DNA of 49,884 nt, filler included, from Sphacelaria rigidula (taxonomy: Eukaryota): the NCBI GenBank assembly GCA_964200075.2. It is 3 parts of 3 records of this genome, joined end to end, with 100 filler letters (N's around TTAATTAATTAA, not from the genome) between each part and the next. Parts side by side here need not be neighbours in the genome. Positions count along the whole stretch, not along the records: positions 16,666 to 33,228 come from CAXNAA020001313.1; 2 more parts are not named here. The stretch is one strand, 5' to 3'. Every line of letters begins with the position of its first letter. Positions within the stretch are counted from its first letter, which is position 1. The translations under genes were made by a program, and so were the position numbers. The notes beneath the pieces were generated by a model, which made no database searches, was not told where the DNA came from, and saw nothing but the letters and a program-made list of their open reading frames with translations. Of this stretch, positions 21,897 through 33,328 are shown piece after piece.

Positions 21897-22560
21897 CTCG
21901 TGCGGGAGGCGATCCGCGTTTCGACGTGCGACAATATCCATGCACCTGTCGCGTTATTGCCCCCTCCTATTTAAAATCGACTATGATCTGTTCGCGAGTT
22001 GTTACCCCCATACAGTGCCATTTTCAGTACGAGTACATATCACTTGTTTTCCCCTGTATTGGACGCTGGCTTCATCCCCATCACCAGCGGCAGCCACGCG
22101 TGCGAGACACAACCGACGTGCACAGCTCGCACAGAGAGATACGCACAGCTATATATCCTAGCACTTAGCCTAGTGAGGAAGCATAGACCCATCGGCGGGT
22201 AGTACGGACCAGCGCTTTCCAGCACGGTGGCTATCACTTGCAAGGTGCATTGGCGTTGTAGTTGTAGCACGATCGAAACGCGGACCGCTTCTCCCATGAG
22301 TACGAACGGCAGCAGCAGCAGCAGCAGCAGCAGCAGTATCGGCAGCGACTGATGTAGACCCACCCCCAGCCGCGTACATCTACTGGCAAAACAAATGTTG
22401 CTGATACTGCTGCTATTGCTTCTTCTCGTGCGGAAGGCGGTCCGCGTTTCGATCTGCGACAATATCCATACCCCCTTGCGCGTGATTGCCGCCCTTCTTG
22501 AAGTCGCTGGTCTGTTTGCGTGCTGTTTTACCATCTCTGTATCACTTGTTTTCAACCCTA
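21555..22560. repeat. Tandem dimer, period ~508 bp, each unit with opposed (CAG)n and (CTG)n tracts
   Basis: ACGCTGGCTTCA at 21555 and 22063. CACAGCTATATC, CCCATCGGC, GACCCACCCCCAGCCG, CTTCTCGTGCGG, TGCGACAATATCCAT and ATCACTTGTTTTC occur in both units. Confidence 0.8.
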
Positions 22561-23067
22561 GCATGCTCGATTAGAACAGCGCACGGTTTTTCGTGATAAT
22601 GAAGTTGTGAACCGTCACTTCACTACCACCATCAGGAAATGATTATAATTTTCCTTGTTTCGATAAAACACCGCCTTACCCTTTGGGTGTGGTGCCCATT
22701 CTGTGTACCAACCGCAGTGTGACGCCTGCGGCGGTACGACTTGCTCACTGCACAGCGGCAGGGTTCAGGGTGACAAAGCACACCGCAGAACGCCGCATCC
22801 TTTGTCTATCCCTGTCCTGCATTGATTTCGCGTTATCCTATGCAGTTCGCCTCATCATGAATGCAGCCGTTGTATCGCAGCCAAGGTGTACGCAGGATAT
22901 ACACCCCCTCGCCACGCGCTATATTGCTACGTCACATTTTGTAAAGCTGTCCGTGTTGCAGCTACAGCGTGCGTTTGCCCTAGGTGGCGCACACAGGAGT
23001 GAAAGGCCGCCTCCGCCGCTGTAATGGTTGCCTGTACCTTGGGCGAAGCTGTATGGTAACACAGCCG

Positions 23068-23140
23068 CGGCTGGTGCGCCCACATATACCGAAAGGTGGA
23101 GACCGGCGTCCAGAATTTATGGGATGATAACACACACTCG
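23068..23140 (+). repeat. Dispersed short repeat family 3 (copies at 24075-24175 +, 25560-25665 -, 27320-27410 -)
   Basis: GGCTGGTGCGCCCACATATACCGAAA.GGTG.AGAC.GG.GTC.AGAAT..ATG.GA.GAC core or its reverse complement at four loci. Confidence 0.7.
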
Positions 23141-23622
23141 ACGTTGCGCAGTACACTTTCCATATCGTGTTTGTACTGTCTGTAGATTTGTTTTGTCCAC
23201 GGTTGGGTACATTTTCCATCTATAATGCAGGGGCAACATCTGGGCGAATTGCAGGTGAGGTAATCGCCGAATATATTACCTGCAAGCTCTGCTCCAGTGC
23301 ACCGCGAGTTGATATCGCTAGAAGGACACTACCATAACCATCTTGCCGGCTGCCAGGCTGTCACAGACTGCCAGGACGTAGGATCCGCTCGCATTGCTAC
23401 TGTCGGTACGGGGTGTTACCCCCTCGTCAGGTACGTCTTGGAGCATGATACTCGACTCATCCTTGTACATGGGCACCAAACGCTGGGGATTCTTACTCAA
23501 GACTTCGATTCGGAGGATGATACTAGGTGGGCAGCAGCAACTGCTGTTTGTCCAGCTCTCCCTTGGAGCAGAATGCGTTTGGTGTCCGTTTGACGAAGTT
23601 ATCCCCCAAAAACCGAAATCGA

Positions 23623-23790
23623 CAGGGGTTTTAGAGTGGGAAAATCTAGCAAACAAACTATCGCAGGAATCCCGACGCAAACAAACTATCGCATGAATCT
23701 GATCGCAAGAATCAGGTCGCAAGAACCCTGACGCAAAAACGGAGTCGCAAAAAACCAGTCAATCGAATTTTTACCCGCAGCAGAAACCGA
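23623..23790. repeat. Short element with CAGGGG start and internal (T/A)CGCA sub-repeats (possible MITE remnant)
   Basis: About seven TCGCA/ACGCA units including a duplicated GCAAACAAACTATCGCA. Inverted ends are weak. Confidence 0.3.
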
Positions 23791-23817
23791 CTTCACTTCG
23801 TGAAATTGGAATCGTAT

Positions 23818-23950
23818 ACCGGTCGCCCCGGTGGCTCAGTTGGTAACTTCGAACCCTTCTCACGGTTGGGTCGTGGGTTCGAATCTCGGAGCGATCTGGT
23901 ATTAATTCTCACACAATCCCCAACAGTGGAGAGCGACTATGTCGTGGGTT
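23818..23950 (+). mobile_element. tRNA-headed SINE-like family 1 copy
   Basis: A box TGGCTCAGTTGG and B box GGTTCGAATC. Continues into a non-tRNA body shared with 3500-3560. Confidence 0.7.
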
Positions 23951-24074
23951 CCCTAAAATCGTCGTAATGGTCGAAGAGGGCTAGGGACTGCTGGACCCCT
24001 CTCGCGGTAAAAAAGAAATCAAGCACCGCAGAAGGAAGGTGGAGAACTAAAAACAGACAAGATAGTAAAAACTC

Positions 24075-24175
24075 CTGTGTTGGCCTTCCTCCTGTGTGAC
24101 CCCGGCTGGTGCGCCCACATATACCGAAAAGGTGTAGACCGGTGTCAAGAATAAATGCGACGTCAACACCCACAC
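24075..24175 (+). repeat. Dispersed short repeat family 3 copy
   Basis: CCTTCCTCCTGTGTGACCCCGGCTGGTGCGCCCACATATACCGAAAAGGTGTAGACCGG. Confidence 0.7.
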
Positions 24176-24278
24176 ATCGTATCGTATCGAACTTCTCATT
24201 ATCGCTGTCGTTATCGATTTATTGAACAGTTTTCGATACAATAACGATAAAGATATTTCGATACGATATCCAACACTA
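24176..24278. mobile_element. hAT-like MITE remnant with ATCG/CGAT sub-repeats
   Basis: Right end CGATACGATATCCAACACTA (reverse complement TAGTGTTGGATATCGTATCG). The left side retains ATCGTATCGTATCGAA but not the terminal TAGTGTTG. Confidence 0.45.
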
Positions 24279-25319
24279 AGATTCACATCTAGGATTAATT
24301 TAACAGCCGTGCTGCCAGTGGTATCAACTCTTAGTGTCACCAGCTATCATTGTCTTCATTTGCTTTTCTGCCCTGATTGCTGCTTTCCTCTGTCCGGGGT
24401 GACACACATCCCCGATCCTAGGGTGGTGAGTGATGATGGGATCCGATTCCACGGTAGATACGTGAGCGGCCGCAGACTCAAGGTAAGCCTGTGTCGCACT
24501 GATGATCCTACTGTTGTTGGTGGCATCTTCGGCAGCGGTGTCTTGAGATGCGGGTAACCCCCGCCAGGGGAGCCGTGTGGTGCTGTTGCTGATGGTCTTG
24601 CATGCTGTCGTTGCTGTTGCTGTTGTATCGTTTGCGCCTGCAGAGGCTATCGAAAGCGATGGTCGAGTTACGGTGTCTACTGTGTTTTGATGGGTGATTC
24701 CGTTCCGAGTTATGCTGGTGGATCTATCCCGTGCTCGGTCTCTGCGCATTGTTGCAACCAGTTTGTACGTCCCGCAGGAAAGAACGGAGAATGCAGAAAC
24801 GAAGAATCGGATGAGTGTTACAAGAATGATCGCAATTTTCTACTCTTGGCAAATACGAAGATCGCTAGTCGGAGCAACAGTAGGAGACGGAACGACAACA
24901 GGGTAGCTGTACTTTATTTTGTACGAGACTGCTCCATGTGCCACCACGCCGAGGGTGCGTGCGACGTAAAAAACTTTCAAGTGATGCAACGAAGCTCTCC
25001 TTTATGGCTTCAGCTGATCAGAAGCTGAGTCTCGTCTACATCTCGTGGTCATTTCCTGGCGAAACCGCGTTTTTGGCGTGCTTCGCCAAGTTATGGGAAA
25101 ATATTATTTGCTCGCACCTTTACTGCTGTTTCTTGATAGTTGACATTGACGATGGCGCCGTTTTTTTCGTCTCTTCGCGTGGTGTTTTTTTGTCGGTCTC
25201 AACGATGCCTCCACCAATCTTCAAATGAGCCAAAAAAAAAGTACTTGCACATGGTACACGCAAGCTTGGCGTATATCACGAAGTAGATTTTATCCCCTCG
25301 CGCTGGCTATGGGCACATA

Positions 25320-26010
25320 TGACACAAAAAAAAACACACTCTAGCTACTCAAGCAAGCAGTTTCCCGCTCTCTGTACTGCGGTGCTATCACTCAGCACGC
25401 AAGAGCACGACGGACAAAGCACTCGTCGATCTGAGGCCTGGTCTAGTACCGAACCACCTACAACCGAAACCGTGCCATCGGCAATGATTGTTTGCAACCC
25501 GATGCAAGTCAATGATGGCAGAGAGAAGAAAATGCGTTTCTGGCCAAATTGTTGTCGTGTTGTGTGTTGTCATCCCATCTATTCTGACCGCCAGTCTACA
25601 CCTTTCGGTATGTGTGAGCACATCAGTGGGGATCACAGGAAGAAGACGCAGAAGGGTTTTTTTATTTCTTTCGTCTTCCTTCTGCGGTGCTTTCTTTCTT
25701 TTTTGTTGATGATTCCTATATCCCTCGATGTGTACTTTTCAATACGGAGAGCAGTATGATGTGCGTGGCTGTCATTCCTCCGTATTGGCTCTATTCATAC
25801 ACAACACACAAAAACACAGCTTAGCGGCTTACTCAAGCGCCACACTCCGTGGCGTTTTGTAATATGTTGCTGTAGCACTCACAGCACGTAGGAGCACGAC
25901 TGACGCAGCTCACTCTTTGTACCGATGCCTACTACCGTGCCACCGACAAGCGGAACCGTGCCGTCGGCGAGCAACGGTGTCCGACGCGATGCAAGTGGGC
26001 GGCGACAGTA
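25320..26010. repeat. Diverged local duplication (25320-25525 versus 25800-26010)
   Basis: TACTCAAGC, CAGCACG...GAGCACGAC.GAC, TACCG..CCACC.ACAA.CG.AACCGTGCC.TCGGC and CGATGCAAGT occur in both copies. Confidence 0.55.
25560..25665 (-). repeat. Dispersed short repeat family 3 copy
   Basis: GTCATCCCATCTATTCTG...GTCTACACCTTTCGGTATGTG...TCACAGGAAGAAG is the reverse complement of the family core. Confidence 0.6.
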
Positions 26011-27039
26011 AACGAACATATAAGAGTGCATGCGCTTGATATTGTCGCCCAAAGATACCCTGATGATGTGCACTTCTTTGGACCGGAAGCAGGGCCGAGA
26101 ACACCGTAGACGAAGCACTGAATCCGCAACTAGATTGTAATATGCCAAATGTGTATCTAGTGGAACACGCCCCGCTGGTGTTGACAAGTAAGAAACAGAA
26201 TCGTGAGTACTCCGCTTGTTATGACGGCATGTGTCGCCAGATATCACGCCTGGTCGCTACCGAGGGGGTTCTGCAGGGAATCCTTGTTATCGGGGCCCTT
26301 CGGAGATGGAATGCTGCCAAGTTCATCCGTATTGAACTGCACTTTAGCCAGATTGAGAGTGTAGCTTCTGATGGAGTGTGAGCTTTCATTGGAAACACGT
26401 TTTCATGTGTTTCTGAAATTGAGTTAAACACCGGACCGGCGAGTAACGATAGGTATTGTTGAGCTGACAATGAACGAAGGGGTACGGCGATGTCAAACAT
26501 CGAAACATTCGTCTCATTAATGCCCCGCTGCACATTGAGCAGGTTATGACTACACGTCGCACACATTGTCATCCATTCCAAAAATGTTCTCTCGATTTAT
26601 ACGTTAAATGCGAGTATAGGGCGTTGATCCGTCGCGACTTCAAAGAATCGCTTATCGGCGTTTGTTTGCTTTTGGAGTTTATATCTAACGACAAGCCCTT
26701 CGGAATGTCAACCCTTTGACCTTGGCTCGCTGATCAGGGTCACGCAGTAGCGTTTCAAGTGAACCTTTGCTGGTTCCGCAAAGGGCTGAAAATCTCAATC
26801 TCCATCAAAAGCTCTCTCAATCTTGCGAAAATGTCGTTATTCGAATACTTTATGACCACGCGTGATCAAAAGTGCACACATCCCTACTTTTTACACCATA
26901 ATTATCGTCAGGAAAGGCGTGGAATGAAGTATGGTTTGTTGCGCTATGATGGCTGAGTCCTGACGGGGGTCTTCAAAATGGTGGAGTTCAAGTTGAGTTT
27001 AAAATGCGCTACTGACACTCGAGTAAGTGCAACGAACAG

Positions 27040-27300
27040 AGATTTGGCGGGGATATTTCGATGGTGTGTGCCGTCACCATGTACTTGATCAAGTAATTGC
27101 CATGTGAAGATCTCCCTCACACCGCTGGCTAGATGCCTGTACCTTCTCTCCACCTGCCTTGTCCTTGCGAACGATATGTTCACGTGGGCTTCTGGGACAT
27201 TTTGATGGCGTGCACCGTCACATCAATGTCGATGAAGTAATTGCCACGTGACCACCTCCATCACACCTCTGGCTACATGCTTGTACCTTCTCCACACCTC
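27040..27300 (-). pseudogene. Two decayed 144-bp tandem repeats, possibly encoding Tudor/Agenet-like modules
   Basis: AAGTAATTGCCA at 27091 and 27235 (period 144 = 48 codons). Stitched minus-strand frames give VERRYR...GNYLIKY.DGTHHRNIPA and RRYK...GNYFIDI.DGARHQNVPE. Stops and frameshifts are present. Confidence 0.3.
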
Positions 27301-27319
27301 GGTTGTCATTTGTGCCATC

Positions 27320-27410
27320 GTATTGTCATCCCATCTATTTTGGGCGCCAGTCTACAACTTTCGGTATATGTAGGCGCGTCAGCCGGGGCCACACAGGAGG
27401 AAGGCAAAAT
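27320..27410 (-). repeat. Dispersed short repeat family 3 copy
   Basis: GTCATCCCATCTATTTTGG.CGCCAGTCTACAACTTTCGGTATATG...CAGCCGGGGCCACACAGGAGGAAGG. Confidence 0.7.
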
Positions 27411-28201
27411 CTCCTTTGCGAGCGATATTCACAGGTTCACATGCGACCAAGATATCTACACTCAACTCAAGTCGTTTGTCATGCTGAAGCATGTTAGTTT
27501 GGAACACACAAGTTTTGGTCGTCACCGTAGGAGAAATAAAAAACGGCGTCACTGCGAATGCTAACGGTGGCACCGCTTCTCGGAAGGCCAAGATGAGTAA
27601 GCCAAGCTAGTCGACTATGCGTTCCCTCTTGGCGTGCGAAGAGTCCAACATTCAGGAAAAGACCACGCGTACGCGGGCGTCCGCGTGTGCACAATTTTGC
27701 ATGTACATATATTGCTTCCAAGAGAAGACAACCACAATTTGAGGTACTCAACTCAGTCACAGGGTACAACTCCTTCACGATATCGATAAAGACTACACAC
27801 ACTCACAGGGTGTTTTTCTTTTGTGCGTGATGGACACACGACAGTGTTTAGCACGAAGAACTGTTGTGCACTGTTAACCCTTTTGGTGCCCGCGACCAAG
27901 TGGCAAATCTGACAGCCCGCTGATTCTTGGAGGATGACAGTAGCGTAGGCTCAGATGGCCGCTAGTTGGTCGTCCCGGCGCCTGACCGATTTTCTCAAGA
28001 CTTGACCTTCGACCAATTAGGTTGCAGCCTTACATGACTGAGAGAGCTGGTTGCGGGTTTTCATAAGTCGTGTCTGCGGAAGGCTCCGCACAGAACAGCC
28101 GCTGCTGGTAGCAGGAGTTTGTGGTGACAATCTCACATGCGTGTACTACTATTGGAGTGATCATGGACTCTGTTCTGTTGAAAAATGTGAGATTGCAAGA
28201 A

Positions 28202-28642
28202 CACGGGATCTTACAAATTGGGATGGATCTTTTATTGGGGATGAGAAACTCGGAGAATTAAAATCTTGGTATCCACACCAAATCTTCGAAATATGGTTCC
28301 ATTGCTCCACCTACTGATAGCTATTGACAACTACTACACGCCATGAAAATGTGATTTTTGATGACCGAAATATTGGGGTCCTAGATGAAAACCAATTTTG
28401 GGGAATTCCGGGTGTCCGAACGGACACCAAAATGGTTCCGAAATTGGTTTTTCACCTAGGACCCCAAAATTTCGGTCATCAAAAACCACGTTTCCATGGC
28501 GTGTAGCAGTTGTCAATAGCTATCAGTAGGTGGAGCAATGGAACCATATTTCGAAGATTTGGTGTGGATACCAAGATTTTAATTCTCGGCCGGGTTTCTC
28601 ATCCCAAATAAAATATCCATCCCCAATTTGTAAAATCCTGTG
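28202..28642. mobile_element. Palindromic foldback/MITE element, copy 1 (~440 bp)
   Basis: CACGGGAT...ATCCTGTG ends. ~210-bp arms are near-perfect inverted repeats that meet at GGTGTCCG-AA-CGGACACC (28411-28428). Confidence 0.9.
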
Positions 28643-30653
28643 TGCAAAGACAGGCCTTAAGTGCTCCATACGGAAGCTGCTTCCTCGTGAGTACTAGAGC
28701 TCACAATGCATGGATGTAGTTCCGTGTGTATCCACTCCATGTTGGTTACCGCTTCACTTCGTCGCTACAAAGCCGCCATCGTCCCGCGTATGTTCCCGTT
28801 CGCCCGTCCGTTCACGTCTCACAAACTCTCGCGAGGGTAGCTACCCGTCAGAGAATTGCAAAATAACGGCTGCCAATAAAGCAATCAACCGTCGAAAACA
28901 TTCTGGGCCCCCACCAATCAGCGGTCCGCCAGGAATGTTTCTTTCTGTCAGTCAGCCTGAAAATATTTGTTTTGGCGAGACAACGACCACACCTTCTGAC
29001 ATACGCGTCCGGAATCCCGCCCGGAACCCTTGCTCCACCGGCCAACCCGCTACTCCCGCGATGCAACAGCTCGTCTCTCTGGGAAGCCTGCCCTAGCCCA
29101 CCGTCGCCCCCGCCCTCGCTCCCGCTGACAATTCCACGGTGACCGAGTGTGGAATGGGAGGTTCGCCTACGGTTGTTGCTACCTTGTTGTGTTCTCCCAT
29201 TGCCATCCTCAACTGATGAGCTTTCCCCCTCCCGTTGCTTGTCAAAATCCTGCAAAAATAGATAGTGATGAGAACCCACAGAAACAAATAGTATGAACGT
29301 CGACATGCGCACACATGAAAACCATCGCCAAGTACTAGTAGTCCTAGCTAACGTAAGTGGAGTAGTTGAGTATGTATTGTACACTAACAAATCATGAGGG
29401 AAGCGACTGTCGCCTCGACCTCGGGCCATACCTCAGCAACTCTCGCGGCGAGGAGCTCAGAAATATGAGCGGCCACACGATCCAATCCTAGCGCACTGGG
29501 GACGTGACGGGTCGCCTGGGGCTGGTTCTCCGCGGTGCCATGAGAATCAACCTCCACCCGGTTTGTCACAGACCGTACAAGCGCCGTAATGTCGGTTGCT
29601 GCTCGCACAACCCCAAAACAACCAGATACAAACACATAGGTGGTTGGAAAGATGCATATACTTGGACACGCATGGACATCGGGACGATGACACACGATGA
29701 TGGCAGGGCGGGATGGCGACATCGGTTGTCCTGTGGGTATTCATGGCTCCCAATGTGCGGGTGCACTTGGATATGCCGCACCTTCATTGGCTGATGATTG
29801 TTCACCTGTACATAATGGCATGAAAGCTTTCAGCGGAGGACGACAATACTGCACATCAATTCATCGGGACTGTAAGTCATCGCAGCGCTCTCCACAATCA
29901 CCGCACATCGCCAGGATCTGGGCGTTTCCGAGTGCGCAATACCGAGATGTATATAGCATTATCAGAAGAGAGTAAGCGCATTGTTGGATTGAAAAATTGA
30001 GCGATGGCTTCCTGGATAGAGTGGATGAATTAGCCGCCATTATTACGGCTGCGGCGTAGGAATTAAGTGCAGATTTGAAGGTATAACTTGAAAGTTGTAC
30101 ATTCACCCGCGATTCAATTTCAAGTCTGAACATTGAAAAACAGCCTTTTCGTCAAAAGCTGAGCATTCAAGCTCAAAAATGAACGTTCAAGTCCAACACT
30201 ACCGTTTTGAATGTTTGACCAAAAAGTCCCATTCGACTTGCAAGCATTCACGACTTTCAGTCAAATTCGGCTGAGCGAGTTTTTGTTTTCCAAGATGAAC
30301 ATTTAATTCCCGATTTTAAGGTTCATCTCTAATTTTTTCCTTCAAGACGAAGGCTCAACGTCATTCGTTCAACCTTCTACTCCCAAGTTCATCCTTGAAC
30401 GTGGTAAAGCTCTGAGGAAATATCAGATTCTTGAGTACGCAGTTCTGCCTGCGCAGAGCCGTAGACCGCGGTATAGGATCTTGAGGTACGGAAAAGAACC
30501 GTGGCATCACCTTATGCCTGTGGGCGAGATAATCTGGCCGGCTAGTTCTCCTTCATGATGCGTTCTCTCAATTTGAGGCGCATCCTACTCAACTCCGTCG
30601 TCCCCTCCCATCTAGTCATTTCTGAGCCAATCCCCGTCTTCTGTACTGGACAG

Positions 30654-30955
30654 TTTTTTTCCATCGTGCTTTCAACCCCTCATCTGCCTTGGGACGAGTT
30701 TATGGTGTCGGGAGATCAGCCCATATCTTTCCCAGTACACGCCTTGCCTCTTGGTATCGCAGATTCGATCGCTACTCCCACACTCATCGACTGTTGTCAA
30801 ATACACTGTCTTTGCTATTCACGTCCTCGCGTTTTCAACGACGAGAATCAAACGTTTTCAGACGGAATTCAGATGCATCCACCGGGAATCGAACTCAGAA
30901 TCGTCCACCCCGACAGGTGTCGACTGCACCGATTGGATCACCGGAACGCGGCGGC
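30654..30955 (-). mobile_element. SINE-like family 2 copy
   Basis: Reverse complement starts GCCGCCGCGTTCCGGTGATCCAATCGG..GAGTTCGATTCCC. Contains AAGGCGTGTACTGGG, ATGGGCTGATC, CTCGTCCCAAGG, GGGGTTGAAAG and an A tail. Confidence 0.7.
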
Positions 30956-32502
30956 ATCCTCGCACCAGGCTGATGGACGCGAGTAAGAGCATTGAAAAGA
31001 GAAGGAGAGAAGATATACACAGCGTGAGTATTTTTGCCTAGCCCATACGGCACCACTCAATATTTTCCGTTAAGATGAGACTGTGACAACCTAGGGGATG
31101 TCCCCCTCTTGACGTTGGTGTCGACAAGCTCGTTACGACAAGCTCGTGACCTGTCTCATTTGACAATTGGTTCCGTTGCGTAGCTGGATTGTGAAGGAGA
31201 GCCAATGATGCAGTAGTTGTGGGCTCATATATATATACTGAAGTAGTTCAATCTCGTTGCTGTTGTATGTCAGTCGCCCTTTCAGCGCTTTGTTGTTGCT
31301 TGCTCACGTAGATTTAGTACCGAAGCATTTCGTTGTATGTAGGTGAGGGCCGTACCACACCCTCCTGTCCTTTGACGTGTTTTCTTGGTATATAGCTCAC
31401 AGTAACTTCGCTTGCTCTGTTTTACTTGGTTTCATAGCGCTACGGTATTCCGGTAGTATCATTCCCAAACTATTGACATGATGATTAGCTCAAGTGTAGT
31501 AGCCCCGTTGTGGTTGAACTGACCGATCTCACTTCTGTTTTGCCTTGCGCCCCATGATCATAGCTGTCTCAGCAATGCACTGCGAACCGTGTCACCCACA
31601 TATCGCTGTCTGAAAGATCTTGCCGCGTTTCATCATTGCCACGTCTTTTCTCCCCACTGTTTTACGCTACCATATCTCCCTCATATTTCCGACTTCGGTC
31701 ACACTTGTTATAGGTCGCAGACCTGCACATACAGACCTGGACAGCGAACCGTTTGCATGCCCCTGCGTAGCTCTACTCTGTGCCGCACTACAAACCAGCA
31801 CGCGTTTGACTCCCGCTTTTTTTGTGATCACTGCTGAGTATCTCACACACTGATTCCAGCCGTTTGTGCTCCTCTTTGAAATTAGTGAAAACCGTCATCA
31901 CTCAGTCTTCACCATACAGCTTTCGTTCGCGGATTAATCCGGTTTGATGGCAACCGAGTCAAATTTATTTCGACAAAACGGCTTGTTTCTTCAACTACAG
32001 CTTATACATTTCATAGGTCGAACTGCTACAGCACACGATTATTTTTCGTTTGTGCAGCTGTGCCCGTTGAGATTGTTGACCCGCCTCATTATCGTGGACA
32101 TATAACTCAGGACCGTTTATATAGATAAAGCTGAGCCGTGCTGTTCCAGGTGATTGGATATGTCCATACCTTATTTATTTTCTTGACACACATTCAAACC
32201 CTGCCCTTTCTCGAGAGGAGTTCGTGGTCCCCAGGGATCAACACATCTCCTCCCTCGTACACGCAACACATTGGATGCTGTCATCCGAAATGCTAGATCA
32301 TCAGTAGGCTTCGGGCCAAACAATCTTAGCAGGATGCAGCTCACCCTTCACGCGACTCGCTGAACAGACCACGGTGCTTCGCGCTTGGTGATAGATTGCG
32401 AATCTGGTCCGGCGAAGAGCCGGCATGCTGCATCCCGGCTTTGTAGGGATGCGAGGTCAATGGTCTCATGACTATGGCATGCAGGATCATGAGTACACCC
32501 CC

Positions 32503-32724
32503 TAGGTACACGTCTTCCACTTTCGTGTCACGGATTGGATCTGCACTCCCGCACCTCGTCAGTTCCTGCCAAATAGGCTCTATTTGTTACTCACGTCCTC
32601 ACGCCAGGAGCGAAAAACACATATTTTCGAGTCGAAATCCCAGTGGCTCCTGCCGCGAATTGACCCCGCATTTTTCCGACCAAATGGTGGCAGTTGTACC
32701 ATTGGACCACCGGAGAGCGGCAGC
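32503..32724 (-). mobile_element. SINE-like family 2, 3'-truncated diverged copy
   Basis: Reverse complement GCTGCCGCTCTCCGGTGGTCCAATGG (A box)...GGACGTGAGT...TGACGAGGTGCGGGAGT..TCCAATCCGTGACAC..GACGTGTAC. Confidence 0.55.
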
Positions 32725-33228
32725 ACTACGGTTCTCTACGATCGCCACAATGTTGGTCACCGCCTGAGTTTTTATTTTGATTCTTCATTTCGGATGCCTC
32801 CGCAGACCTATATGTCGACAAACGTTTGACGACGCCTGCAACCCCCCCCCCCGGACCCGTGATGGGGTCGGCGTCGGGTGACGATGACGCTATAAAACAC
32901 GCCACTCACTACGGAAGCTAGGCAAGCAGGTTGCCGTCTTTTTTGCGCGCGTTTGCGTTTTTTTGCGGTAACCACGATGGTAACGCTAGATCATGTTGTG
33001 CGGCGTGGCAGAACCTTAACTCCGCACAATGGGGATGGTCGTACCACGTAGTGTTCAAATGTCGAGGCACCCATGAGGCAGCGTATAAGCCGTGGCTGTC
33101 TCAGGAAGTAACGATACCAGAAGATGAAGCAACTCATTAGAGGCTGTCATCCAAATGCAAGATGATCAGCAGGCCTCAGGCCGAACAATCCTAGCAGGAC
33201 GCGGCTCACCCTTCATGCGACTCGCCGA

Positions 33229-33328
33229 NNNNNNNNNNNNNNNNNNNNNNNNNNNNNNNNNNNNNNNNNNNNTTAATTAATTAANNNNNNNNNNNNNNNN
33301 NNNNNNNNNNNNNNNNNNNNNNNNNNNN
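33229..33328. other. Artificial scaffold spacer (44 N + TTAATTAATTAA + 44 N)
   Basis: Same 100-nt construct as 16566-16665. Confidence 0.95.

Noticed and set aside
23821..23897. tRNA gene
   Set aside because: A/B boxes are present, but the T-stem (GTGGG/CTCGG) and anticodon stem do not pair well and the sequence continues into a repeated body. Treated as a SINE head.
27873..27900. piggyBac-like TTAA|CCCT end (also 623) and Kolobok-like TTAA|GGGG ends (3049, 41654)
   Set aside because: No matching opposite termini found in the window; too short to support alone.
33145..33200. Minus-strand GLLIILHLDD resembling the Copia RT YVDD motif
   Set aside because: Neighbouring RT motifs are absent and the duplicate copy at 32277 does not preserve it.
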